A stretch of 63,913 nt of DNA, counting the filler, from Octopus bimaculoides (Eukaryota): NCBI RefSeq assembly GCF_001194135.2. It is 8 parts of 7 records of this genome, joined end to end, with 100 filler letters (N's around TTAATTAATTAA, not from the genome) between each part and the next. Parts side by side here need not be neighbours in the genome. Positions count along the whole stretch, not along the records: positions 35,940 to 53,321 come from NC_069003.1; 7 more parts are not named here. The stretch is one strand, 5' to 3'. Shown piece by piece: positions 38,486-49,631 of this stretch. Numbering within the stretch: the stretch's first letter is position 1; every line of letters starts with the position of its first letter. The notes below the pieces were generated by a model that was not told the DNA's origin, did not search any database, and saw only the letters and a list, made by a program, of their open reading frames with translations. The position numbers and the translations under genes are program-made.

Positions 38486-38865
38486 TGGAGGCGCAATGGC
38501 CCAGTGGTTAGGGCAGTGGACTCACGGTCATAGGATTGCAGTTTCAATTCCCAGACCGGGCGTTGTGAGTGTTTATTGAACAAAAACACTTAAAGTTCCA
38601 CGAGGCTCTGGCAGGGGATGGTGGCGAACCCTGCTGTACTCTTTCACCACAACTTTCTCTCACTCTTACTTCCTGTTTCTGTTGTACCTGTATTTCAAAG
38701 GTCCAGCCTTGTCACACTGTGTCATGCTGAATATCCCTGAGAACTACATTAAGGGTACACGTGTCTGTGGAGTGCTCAGCCACTTGCACATTAATTTCAT
38801 GAGCAGGCTGTTCCGTTGATCGGATCAACTGGAACCCTCGATGTCGTAAGCAATGGAGTGCCAAC
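38486..38865 (+). mobile_element. tRNA-derived SINE (family C) with 12-bp target-site duplication
   Basis: A box tggcccagtgg, B box gtttcaattcc; flanks aacacttcatag and aacacttcgtag (11/12); partial copy at ~44955-45140. Confidence 0.85.
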
Positions 38866-39821
38866 AACACTTCGTAGATCCTCAGAGCATTACCCAGAGA
38901 TAAGTCAGATAACTGCCAAGTGTAGACAAAGGTTACAAACTCAGATGAGTGGGGACATCAACTGACAAAGACCATTCCCTGTCCAGCAGCTTTTCCTTTA
39001 TACCAGAGTAACTGTCTCCTTGGGACATACTTTACAGAAGGTTAAGGGGTGCTTCACTCCCAGTAATATGACACTCAACTGGAATTTCTAAGTCCCACAC
39101 AAACGCTAGATCACTGGTACTCAACCATTTTCTTACCTATGAACCTCTTTGGTTCATATTTTACATATTATCATCATCATCATCGCCATCATCGTCATTT
39201 AACGTCCGCTTTCCATGCTGGCATGGGTTGGACGGTTTGACTGAGGACTGGCAAGCCAGGAAGCTGCACCGATCTCCAGTCTGATCTGGCAAGGTTTCTA
39301 CAGCTGGATGCCCTTCCTAACACCAACAACTCTGAGAGTGTAATGCCCTTCCTAACACCAACAACTCTGAGAGTGTAATGGGAGTTTGTGCATATATATA
39401 TAGAGAGAGAGATGTGTTAATATGTATGCTTGCGTGTCCGTATATCAATCACCATAAAGTTGCAAGTTGACAGAATCATTAGCAGACTGGGAAAAAATGT
39501 TTAGTGGTATGTTGTCTGTTTTTGCATTTTGAGTTCAAATTCCACCAAAGTCGTCTCTGCCTTTCATCCTCTTGAGGTTGATAATATAAGTACCAGTTAA
39601 GTACTGGAGTCAAGGCAATCATCTTATCTCCTCTCCTGAAATTTCTGGCCTTGTGCCAAAATTTGAAACCATATATCAATTGTTATAGATGTTCTTCATT
39701 TTATAGTTAACAACAAAAGGCTTGTGTAACCTCTGTTGTTAATGATGTTATATTGATATGACATTGTTTTCATAACAATCCTGACAAAAAATGTTTATTT
39801 TATACACACACACGTATATAT

Positions 39822-39868
<47 letters not shown>

Positions 39869-40298
39869 TGCAGACACATACATATACACATACATACCTT
39901 GTGGTAGTTCTTTCCTCCCAACAACCTGCCAACTACATCACTACCTAATGCCACCGTGTTACATCACATTCAAACTTTGAGTGATTCTTTGAGTCATTCA
40001 GATTTATTTGACTTACACAGTTCATAGAGATTGTGTTGTTCTAGACAGCAACATACTGTGATAACTATATATATAATATATATATATATATATATCAATA
40101 CACACACACACATACACATACACACCTACACACACTTCAGACAATTATACACATTTATACCTACCATTGCTTATTTATACACCTATCTGAAATACATTCA
40201 ACTTGTTACAATGAACAAAAAATACCTGGAGAACGTTACACTGAATTTACTGCATCCTTGCATTGGAACTAAATTCAAAACCATCTTTGATTCTGTAG

Positions 40299-40412
40299 GA
40301 CCCCCAGATGCACCAACCAATGCATCAGTAAGTGTTGCCAGCAGTTCCTCTCTTCTGGTTAACTTTTCAGAACCACTCAACCATAATGGAGCAGTCGTTA
40401 CCAGCTACAAAG
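40299..40412 (+). CDS. ANKFN1: ANKFN1 exon (114 bp), start of FN3 domain: PPDAPTNASVSVASSSSLLVNFSEPLNHNGAVVTSYK
   Basis: ctgtag acceptor and gtaaga donor; matches human APEMPTNVCLMVTSSTSLTVSFQEPLSVNAAVVTRYK; phase 1 to 1. Confidence 0.95.
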
Positions 40413-40549
40413 GTAAGAGTTGTACCTCTCCACTAACTTAAACATTTTTCAGTTTCTTTGTCGATGTTGCTGCTGTTTTTTAGGCTGGGTGCCATCTCTA
40501 ATGCATTAACAAAAAATTCCTAGTTCCTTATCTTAATTTGTTCAGATTA

Positions 40550-40601
<52 letters not shown>

Positions 40602-40898
40602 CTTGGTACAGTCCTCAGGGTCATTGGTTCTTGTCAAACCATCCAAGACCTGTCCGCATATTTAACGGATGCTAAATAGCAATGATGACAATGGTGATAT
40701 ATATATATATATCATCATCATCATCATCGTTTAACGTCCGCTTTCCATGCTAGCATGGGTTGGACGATTTGACTGAGGACTGGTGAAACCAGATGGCTAC
40801 ACCAGGCTCCAATCTGATTTGGCATATATATATATATCGTCAGTAAATCATAAATTCAAAAGAGAAGCACAATCTAAGTTAATAGAGCAGTAGAGTAA

Positions 40899-41092
40899 TT
40901 AGATAAAGATAGTTAAGGCCAGTCTATAGGGTTACCCTGGGTTTCACATCCATGAAGGACCTAGCTTTACAGCATTTCAAAGGACCCTAATGGCCAGCTA
41001 TTAGGGTCTGTAGAAACACTGTAAAGCTAGGCACTTTATGGGTGTGAAACCCAGGGTAAACCCACAGACCAGCCTTAACTATCTTTATCTAA
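40899..41092. mobile_element. ~194-bp near-perfect palindromic fold-back element (MITE-like)
   Basis: ttagataaagatagttaagg...taccctgggtttcacatccatgaag...ctagctttacag mirrored by ctgtaaagctag...tttatgggtgtgaaacccagggta...ccttaactatctttatctaa. Confidence 0.85.
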
Positions 41093-41104
41093 ATGTGTGT
41101 GTGT

Positions 41105-41147
<43 letters not shown>

Positions 41148-41811
41148 TGTGTGTGTGATGGAAATTCTTGAATCCAAGATCAAAGGGGTCATAAATCCAA
41201 AGAGGACTTTATAAAAGTCCAGTATAACTGAAGTGTAAATAGTTTTATTTTAAAGATTTAATGTTTTAGCAAATAAACTCTACCATCAACTAACATTTGT
41301 CTTCCATGTTGGCATTGATTGGATAGTCCAACAGCATCCAACAAATTGAAGGACTGCATCATGCATCATTATCAGCTTGGCATGGCTCATACGGCTGGAT
41401 GTCCTTTCTAATACTAAACAATTTACAGCATGTTCTGGGTGCCCTTTTTTTATGGCACTAGCACTAATAAGGTTGCCCTGTAACTCCTGAGATTAAAGAT
41501 TCCCTTTTTTTTTGAGTGAGGCTTCAGGAGATAGGGAAATGGCTTTGTGCTATATGATGGGAGGTTGAAGTATGAATGAGGAAATACATGTGGTTACTTC
41601 AGATTATCCAAGAGTGCATGGATGGAGCTAGTTGTTCTACAGTTTAAGCTCTAAAAATGATGTCATCAGTTCCAGTAAGCTTTCACTAATTCATATATAC
41701 GTCTTCTGGATACCAGAAGACCTATATGGATTAGCAAAACTGGACTTTCTTCGTTAAGGCTTAAATATCAAATCTGTAAATTAAAACTACATGAGTGTGA
41801 GTGTGTGTGTG

Positions 41812-41850
<39 letters not shown>

Positions 41851-41875
41851 ATACACACATATATATATATATATA

Positions 41876-41908
<33 letters not shown>

Positions 41909-41991
41909 TGACACACACATAGATTTCTACCTGTCTTTTTTTGTTCAATAACAGTCATTTATGAAATCTTGTTATCTTCTATTCTGTTTAG

Positions 41992-42180
41992 TTGAATGGA
42001 GTAAATCCAGTGATTTTGTCATCCTTGAAGGTGAGGCCATTGTCCGAAGTCTCGATAATCTACAATATGAGATTATTGGTTTAGACAAAAACAGTTATTA
42101 TTATGTACAAGTTTCAGCATTTAACATGAAAGGATATGGACCTGCTACTTTAGCCACACCTTCCTCCGTCCAGCCATCCA
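41992..42180 (+). CDS. ANKFN1: ANKFN1 exon (189 bp), FN3 domain: EWSKSSDF...YYYVQVSAFNMKGYGPATLATPSSVQPS
   Basis: gtttag acceptor and gtgagt donor; matches human VEWS..DF...YFVQVSAYNMKGWGPA; phase 1 to 1. Confidence 0.96.
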
Positions 42181-42934
42181 GTGAGTATTTTTTTGTTGTC
42201 CCCCCACCCTTTATATCTCAGTGTATATTAGATTGTATCAGTGTTGTAGACCTATTGAAAGAGATCTATACAAGTAATTAGGAATCAGCTAATGACCTAT
42301 ATAAGTAATTGTGTATGACTATATAAATATTTACCACTAATTACTTTATAAATAATTAAGGATCAGTAAATTGCCATAAAAATAATTAAAAGAAAAATCA
42401 GAGAATGGTTATAAAAATTATTATTAATTACTTAACAACTATTGTAATTATGAATCAGTGAATGATTTTGTAATTAATTTCTGGATCAACCAATTGCTAT
42501 ATTTAAAAAAATCAGCTGATTGTGTAAGTAATTATTAATCAGTTAATGACTGTATAAATTATTAGATATTGGTTATATAATTGTTTAAATAGCACAGGTG
42601 AGTGATACTAGGGCAGTGGTGAGTGACACCAATGTAGGGGTGAAGGGCAGTAGTGTAGAGGTTGAATTGTTATTTAGAATGAAACATAACAAAACAATAT
42701 GGACTAAAAAATTATGGAAGTTAACATTTAAATGCAAATATTTTAAAACTGGCAGTTTTCTATCAAATAAATGGAGATGGTCCTAGGTAGATTGTTATGA
42801 AAAGGGTTAAGGTAAGAAATATAAGAATGATGAATGGCAGAGGGGATACATTAGACTGGTTTGTATGGCAGTTGTATGTATAATCTGCATCTCTTGTATG
42901 GATGTGGTATACTGTCTGATCAACTGGTGTATAA

Positions 42935-43258
42935 CAGTGGTCCTCGACTGGGGACCATGAAAGACTTTTGGGAGTCCACGCAAGCAAAATAGTAAACTGG
43001 GGATCCACAGAAGTATTTTCAGGGTCCATGAAAAAATGTTACTTAAGATGTATTTATCGCAAAAAGCAGCTGAGTTTATTTCTCAAATGTTTTACATAGT
43101 TCAGATTACACAAGAATATAAGTGAAAAACAAAATAGGAATTTTTAAAGAAGCATCTATAAAAACCAGTTTTTAAACATCATATGGCTTTGGGAGCCCAC
43201 CAGAATAGAATAGTAATAAAAGGAGTCCATAGGCAAAAAAAATGGTTGAGAACCACTA
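42935..43258. mobile_element. Complete hAT (Charlie-like) MITE with 8-bp target-site duplication
   Basis: TIRs cagtggtcctcgac and gttgagaaccacta; flanks gtgtataa and gtatataa (7/8, central TA). Confidence 0.85.
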
Positions 43259-43395
43259 GTATATAAGTTTGTAAACCAGGGTGGAAGTAATCTTATTAGT
43301 CCATCAGTCAGTTACATAAACATTGTATCAAAGAATCTAGAATGAAAGATTTGTCATAATGAATAATTGGAAACTGGTTCTCCTTTTTCTACAAG

Positions 43396-43509
43396 GTTGG
43401 CATGATGTTGACAACATACTCCCTCGCTCTCAATGGAAAGTAAACACTCTTGAAGACCTATTCTCTCAAGTTAGGCAGTCAAGACCCACAGATGCACCTG
43501 CTATCAAAG
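43396..43509 (+). CDS. ANKFN1: ANKFN1 exon (114 bp): WHDVDNILPRSQWKVNTLEDLFSQVRQSRPTDAPAIK
   Basis: tacaag acceptor and gtcagt donor; phase 1 to 1; aligns with human WKDYDDREPR...LEGLLQQVR. Confidence 0.9.
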
Positions 43510-43695
43510 GTCAGTCTACAAACTTTCTTCTCACCTATAATTACCAAATTCTTAAGTAATTCTTTGTTACTATTTAGTCATTGTTTATAAGGCGTCAAGC
43601 TGTCAGAATCGTTAGCACACTGGACAAAATGCATAGTGGCATTTCATTCGTCTTTATGAGTTCAAATTTATTTTTATTTATTTATTTATTTACAG

Positions 43696-43786
43696 AGCCA
43701 TCAGGAGACTCCCCAGTCCAGAGGAAAAGAAAAAGTTTAAAGAATCTTTTCTCGTTATCACCAAAGTTTCAGAAATCCCTTCAAAG
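43696..43786 (+). CDS. ANKFN1: ANKFN1 exon (91 bp): PSGDSPVQRKRKSLKNLFSLSPKFQKSLQ(R)
   Basis: ttacag acceptor and gtaaga donor; phase 1 to 2; aligns with human SRSLKHLFHSSNKFVKTLKR. Confidence 0.92.
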
Positions 43787-44711
43787 GTAAGATTTTAATA
43801 ATTTACTTCATTATATAGAAGAAAATCTGTGGTAGGTGATGGAAGGTGATAAGCTTATTAAAACAGGTTTGTTTAGTTCAATGACACTGTTGATTTGTTG
43901 GTCTTTTATAGTGGAAATTTTGGTCATTAGTTAAAATACAGTGTTCCTGAAACTAGAAATATACAACAGATATATACACTCATTACATGAGTTGTGGGAT
44001 TAACATGCAGGATAATAACTAAGATGTACTTAGAAAACTGAATGCTGTGTGTCATACAGGCAGACACAGAGCAATTTATATGGAGTAACTTCACATTAAG
44101 GAGTGAAAGTATAATTTCCTGTAATTCAGATTTTTTCATGATCCCAGCAGACAAAATGGAAAAAGCATTTCCCCAGAGGATGGCGAGAGAGAGGTGCTGG
44201 AACAGCAACTCTAACTCACATAGTTTGCACTTGTGGATAGCCATCACCACCTCAATAGGTCTAGGGGCTGAGAACACTGGTGGTCTCCTCTGTCACAGGC
44301 TCAACCATAGACCTGTCAGTGATAATCTATACTTTGAAAGTTCGCTTTTCTCAGCCTGACAACCAACAAAATCTAGTCTGGTAATTGAACAATAGCTTGC
44401 TAGAATTCAAGTATATTGGTCAGTATATTAGTAAGGAAATAAGAATTCAAGTATATTGGTCAGTTAGTGGTCAAGAAATGATAACATCTAACACATACCA
44501 CCCTCCATGCTAGTATGGGTTAGTTGTTATATATTAACTTATTTCAAATATTAACTTAATCACCGTATTTCTACATTAACTAATATATAAATGAATAAAA
44601 CAAACCCAAGTCCTTCTCAACAAGTAGACATTAGCGTAGCCCTTAAGATATGAGTGGTTCACTGATATATTTTATTGCTCCTTATTTATTGAATGTGATT
44701 TATTGTTTCAG

Positions 44712-44847
44712 AGGGATCTACCTATCCTGCCTCTTGTATCACAAAGACAAAATTCTTGTCACTCCAGAAGATCAGTTACCGGTGGTGGAAGTTGATGAGA
44801 ATTATTCAAGTACCTCAATACACACAGATTTCTATTGGCTTATGAAG
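44712..44847 (+). CDS. ANKFN1: ANKFN1 exon (136 bp): GIYLSCLLYHKDKILVTPEDQLPVVEVDENYSSTSIHTDFYWLMK
   Basis: tttcag acceptor and gtaagt donor; phase 2 to 0; matches human GLYIAVIFYYKDNILVTNEDQVPIVEIDD. Confidence 0.96.
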
Positions 44848-45450
44848 GTAAGTCACACAAACAGATATGTATTAGAAGTAGATGTATATGTTGCAGTATA
44901 TTTAGATTTTTTTTATTCCTTGAGTAGGCTCAGGATTATGTTATTAGACCACAGTCCACTTAGCTGGCAAAAATGAGTATCACCCATATTTCAAAAGGTC
45001 GGTCTTGTCACATACTGTCTCATGCTGAATCTCCCTGTGAACTACAGGTCTGTGGAGTACTCTGCTATTTGCATGTTAATTTCACAAGCAGATTGTTCTG
45101 TTGATCAGATCAACTGGAACCTTTGTTAATAGAGTGCCGGCTAAACATTAATCTTATATGATTAACTTGAAGTACTGGATTAGCTTTCTAAAATTCTTTG
45201 TTTTCTTTACGCATGAACAACTCACAAATAAAACTTACACAAGCTTTACAATTGCTAGACTTCATAAATTTTTCATGACTCTTCTTGGTGATTACACTAA
45301 AGCTCCTATTTCACCAGCATTCGTTATCCTTCCTCTATTTCTTTTACCATAACTACCACAGCTTCTGATTGTCTGAACTAGCAAACTGTATAAATTATCC
45401 TCCATATCTGGCCACTGGCACCAGCACAGAACTCTTGCAGATCATTCTGT

Positions 45451-45562
45451 TTCACCAGGGGAAGTGGCTTTAACTCTTCCTTAATACTTCTGCTGTGGAG
45501 GACTGTACCTCATGGAAACCTGTCCCCACAGCAGAAGTATTAGGGTCACTCCCCCTGGTGAA
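45451..45562. other. 112-nt stem-loop in an ANKFN1 intron
   Basis: Outer arms ttcaccagggg and ccccctggtgaa; inner arms taatacttctgctgtggaggac and gtccccacagcagaagtatta; 18-nt loop. Confidence 0.8.
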
Positions 45563-46588
45563 GAGGATTGGCCTTCAAGAGTCCTGTACCGGTGCCACTT
45601 AAAAAGCACACATGCTGGTGCCATGTAAAAGCACTCATGCCAGTGCCATATTAAAAGCACCCAGCACACACTGCAAAGTAGTTGGCTTTAGGAAGGGCAT
45701 CCAACCATAGAAACCAGGCCAAATCAGACTGGAATGTAGTACAGCTCTTCTGCATGCCAGCTCTGATCAAACCATCCAATCTATGCTAGCATGGAAAACG
45801 GATGTTAAAGGATGATGATGATGACAACAATGATGACAACAACAATCACCACCACCACTACCACCACCACCATCATCATCATCATCTAGGTTACCTCAAG
45901 CACCTTATTCTGCTCACTTGGTTACTTCACTCCTCAAACTTCTTGCTAGTACACTTGATTCAATCTAACCACTTTCAAAGTGAAGCTGTCCAGAAACAAC
46001 CACTTGAGCATACGTTTTTCTTTTAAGCATTTATTTCCAAAGCTTGCCTTTAAATAATTTGAGGAGAAAGAGCTGAGCTTGTAGATGTTTCTTTCAAACA
46101 AGTTATATATTGTTCAGCTTTGATGAACAAAATTTATCTGGTTTACTTATAGAATTACTTCTCCTTTTGCTCGTTATCTAGTGTAGTATGCTATAACTTC
46201 TTCACTTATATATCTAGTTTGCTACATTGTATTCTCTCTTATCAGATATATTATATCAGCTTCAACATTGATTTTGATTCTATGGTATCTCACAATAGAC
46301 ATGCAATAATATTACAACTTCCATTTTCCCTAATTCACTCAAACTACTCAAAAAAAGTGACCAATTCTTCTCCAAAGAGAAACACATTGATTAATGGTGA
46401 CCCCAGCTTTTGATTACAGATCTGACAGACCAAAGTCAACCTGGGGCTGAACAGCAACAACAACACAAGACTATCTATTAATGTGAAAAATTATTAACGA
46501 TTTCCCCATTGCTACATATATTTAATATTGTATTTATTTATCGGTGTGTCTAGAAAGTTCTCCATACAGTTGAATTGTTTCCATTTAG

Positions 46589-46702
46589 ATTGCCTGCACC
46601 TGGACAGATGTGAAATCACTGCGACATGACATGTACAAAAGTACAAGTGCTGGTTCCACACACTTCCGAGGTAAACTTCTCCAAGCAGCAGCTCTACTAC
46701 AG
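46589..46702 (+). CDS. ANKFN1: ANKFN1 exon (114 bp): IACTWTDVKSLRHDMYKSTSAGSTHFRGKLLQAAALLQ
   Basis: atttag acceptor and gtaagt donor; phase 0 to 0; matches human LSCMWEDIRWLR...RQKMLAATAQLQ. Absent from the supplied ORF track. Confidence 0.93.
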
Positions 46703-47029
46703 GTAAGTTTCTGGAGAGTATTTTCTTAAGAAATCTTCCTTCACATTGATCTAAACCCAATACTCACCTGTATATCCAGCCATCACTCACAGATAAAAAT
46801 GACCACAGGTATATGTTTCATTCAATGAAAAAGAGAAAATGAAGAGAGAAAAGTTTAAGGAAAATCCAGTACACCAGGACTAAAAGCAACAGCCTTGTTT
46901 TATATTTGCAGTCTCAGTTTCAATCTGCAGCATTTACACTTCTCTTTGTAACTCTTTATCATTCTTTACAATCAGCCACTATCTTCTCCCAAGCAGTTGC
47001 AATCAAACCCCCCCCTTCATTAAGAAATT

Positions 47030-47640
47030 ATATGATGACATATCTATAAGGGAGTTACAGGTGCTTTCTTTGATGGTTGCCATATTTCAGCTCATTGTAG
47101 AGCAATCTTGGAGATCCTAGTGTTCCATGCAGCACAACTGCAATTCTATCAGGAGGGACTCTGCACTGGACATATTTTGACTCTGCACAACCTTTTTTGT
47201 TGGTGATGTGCTTTCACCATCAAATGTTCATTATAAACCACAGATGGTACAACTGATATCTCATCAGGTGTTTGCTATTTCAACAGCATCCTGCATAGAT
47301 TTTAGTAGAATACACTAGACTTGATAGGACTACTGTTTGGGAAAACTTTACAGTTTGCTGACTGGTTTTATGCCATGTTGTTTCCAAAGTAAATCATTGA
47401 ACTTTCCGAAAGTGAACACAACCAACTGTCTGTAGCAATCGCCTTTGCTGGTGTTGTCAGATGTCACGCTAACCAAATACAGGAATTTTCTCATTACATT
47501 TCAAGATAGTCTGAGGCTCATATTCCAACACTATGCTTTGGATTACATATGGCTTGACTCTTTTTCACATTTATTACAGGTCAAATCCTGATGCTACACA
47601 TTCAAAACATTGTGTAATTTTCTGGATACTTTCTAGGGAG
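47030..47640 (-). mobile_element. Old RTE (BovB-like) LINE ORF2 C-terminal fragment
   Basis: Broken frames give FGKFNDLLWKQHGIKPVSKL..QTVVLSSLVYS and PRLLYNELKYG. Confidence 0.65.
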
Positions 47641-47699
47641 TATGTCCCTGGGGCTTCGTGGTGACCAAACTGGCTGCCCCCTTCCTTAACACTTTAGTA

Positions 47700-47768
47700 T
47701 TTAAAGTAGCCATATCCAACCAAAGCCTTTGCGAGTGGATTTGGTAGGCGGAAACTGAAAGAAGCCTG

Positions 47769-47815
<47 letters not shown>

Positions 47816-48060
47816 TATATACATATATGTATGTATATATATATTTAGGTGTGTGTCAGTGTTTGTCCCCACCACCATCGCTTGACAACTAATGTTGGTG
47901 TGTTTACATCCCTGTAACTTAGTGGTTTAGCAAAAGAGGCACATAGAATAAGTACTATACTTACAAAGAATAAGTCCTGGGGGTTGATTTCTTCAACTAA
48001 AACCCTTTAAAGTGGTGCTCCAGCATGGCTGCAATCAAACGACTGAAACAAGTGAAAGAC
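47700..48060 (+). mobile_element. SINE family A, 5'-truncated, with (TG)n spacer
   Basis: ccaaagcctttgcgagtggatttggtaggcggaaactgaaagaagcc ... ggtgctccagcatggctgcaatcaaacgactgaaacaag. Confidence 0.85.
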
Positions 48061-48267
48061 TAATCCCATAACAGAAATCTCAAAGCTACAAAATAATGCA
48101 TGATTGATTCAAAGCAATGTGAATAAAAAAGCATTACATTTGATAGAGTAATCTGAATGCATAAGGGTTCAATGTAATATATGTTTCACTCCAGCACATC
48201 CCACACCATACCATTGCTGTGTGTATGTATTCTCACATTACCATTTATTCTATCCTTGTCTTAACAG

Positions 48268-48486
48268 AGCGCTTTAGGCATCAGTGATCTTGGACAGTTC
48301 TACCACCAACCATTAAAAGACAACAATGGCAGTACCGTATTAGTATGCATCAAGGAAATCAAAGACCCCAAATTCCTGGCTCTTGGCTCTGGTAAATGGG
48401 TGTCTTTGGCCAAACTTCACCGAAGAATGACTGTCATAGACCAAGACAGCAGTGAAGCACATGAACTACTCTTGAACTCTGCTGCG
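48268..48486 (+). CDS. ANKFN1: ANKFN1 exon (219 bp): SALGISDLGQFYHQPLKDNNGSTVLVCIKEIKDPKFLALGSGKWVSLAKLHRRMTVIDQDSSEAHELLLNSAA
   Basis: taacag acceptor and gtaagt donor; phase 0 to 0; matches human NLLGTHNLGRVYYEPIKDRHGN...GKWMQISKL. Absent from the supplied ORF track. Confidence 0.94.
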
Positions 48487-48657
48487 GTAAGTAGAATGAG
48501 TTTTTCTACCCACTTCTTTTATGAACTTCTTTTTCTAAATATTTTTAAAACATTACTTTTTACATTTTAAATCGAAACCAGCAAAGTTGCAATAACTGCA
48601 CACATGCATGCATGCATGCACACACACACATACACAGACACAGATATATATATTTAT

Positions 48658-48737
<80 letters not shown>

Positions 48738-48819
48738 ATAAGATCATTATTTAAAATACCGATTTTATCAGGTGGCTAGCATGGGAATAAAAACCTCATA
48801 GGTAATAATTATTATTAAA

Positions 48820-49095
48820 ATTATAACTAAGGGTATCTAAGAGATACCACCTTGCTAGATATAGCAGCCAAAACTTGACTCTAAAATCACATTAAATGTT
48901 CATACAGCACCAGGAGAGAAGACAAAGAGACAAAATAAACTAGCAAAAAAAAATTATTGGATAATTCAAGATCCCGGATTTCTGGCTCTTTGTCTTCTCT
49001 AAAGGTGCTGTATGAACATTTAATGTGGTTTTAGAGTCAAGTTTTGGCTGCTATATCTAGCATGGTGGTATCTCTTAGATACCCTTAATTATAAT
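48820..49095. mobile_element. Fold-back element with ~110-bp inverted arms and ~56-bp spacer
   Basis: attataactaagggtatctaagagataccacc...gacaaagag mirrored by ctctttgtc...ggtggtatctcttagatacccttaattataat. Confidence 0.88.
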
Positions 49096-49106
49096 ATATA
49101 TATATG

Positions 49107-49468
49107 TATAAAGAAAGAAAAGGATAAAGAAACCAATGGTAAAGTTAGAATTATACGATATGATATATATCCGCCTTTGCTACTACAATTATCTCTGGAA
49201 AATACCCACAAGGATTCTTTACATGGATGTTTACTGTTGGAATGGAGCTACACTCCAAGTACTGTTTCTTCTTTGTTCTTTTTTCTGCGCATCGCTCTCA
49301 CTTCTTACTACAAATCTCCTCTTATAGATGTAATAATCCATTCTTCTACTATTACCGTCTCTGATGAAGGGATACATTGGATTTTTTCCTGAAACAGCTG
49401 TAAGACTTTCTCCATAAAATATAATTCTAACTTTGCCATTGGTCTCTTTATCCTTTTCTTTCTTTATA
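49107..49468 (+). mobile_element. 360-bp element bounded by ~50-bp inverted repeats and containing a hammerhead ribozyme; probable Penelope-like pseudo-LTR insertion
   Basis: Ends tataaagaaagaaaaggataaagaaaccaatggtaaagttagaattata and tataattctaactttgccattggtctctttatccttttctttctttata, in a TA-rich site. PLE origin is inferred from the ribozyme type. Confidence 0.65.
49357..49406 (+). ncRNA. Minimal type-I hammerhead ribozyme motif
   Basis: Stem I GUCU/AGAC; core CUGAUGA; stem II AGGGA/UUCCU with 13-nt loop; GAAA; helix III A-C[AGCU]G-U within the palindrome ACAGCUGU; cleavage triplet GUA (after 49402). Confidence 0.75.
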
Positions 49469-49631
49469 CATACACAAGCTAATACACGACCTATGTTATA
49501 TTCCCCACTCATGTTGCTACAATGACAGGGGCAAAACTAGTTGGTATACAGCACTTACTCGGTATTACTTGTATCTTTGGGTTTGGTTGACTCCAATACC
49601 CTTCATAACGTTTATATATATATATATATAT

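Noticed and set aside
38487-38560. tRNA genes at SINE heads (also 36277, 36912, 50693 and 55770-55812)
   Set aside because: A/B boxes are present but there is no complete cloverleaf or acceptor stem, and each continues into a SINE body.
45883-45910. HLGYLKH peptide resembling ANKFN1 YLGYLKL
   Set aside because: Wrong position relative to exon order, no splice acceptor, and it follows a (CAC/CAT)n tract; coincidence.
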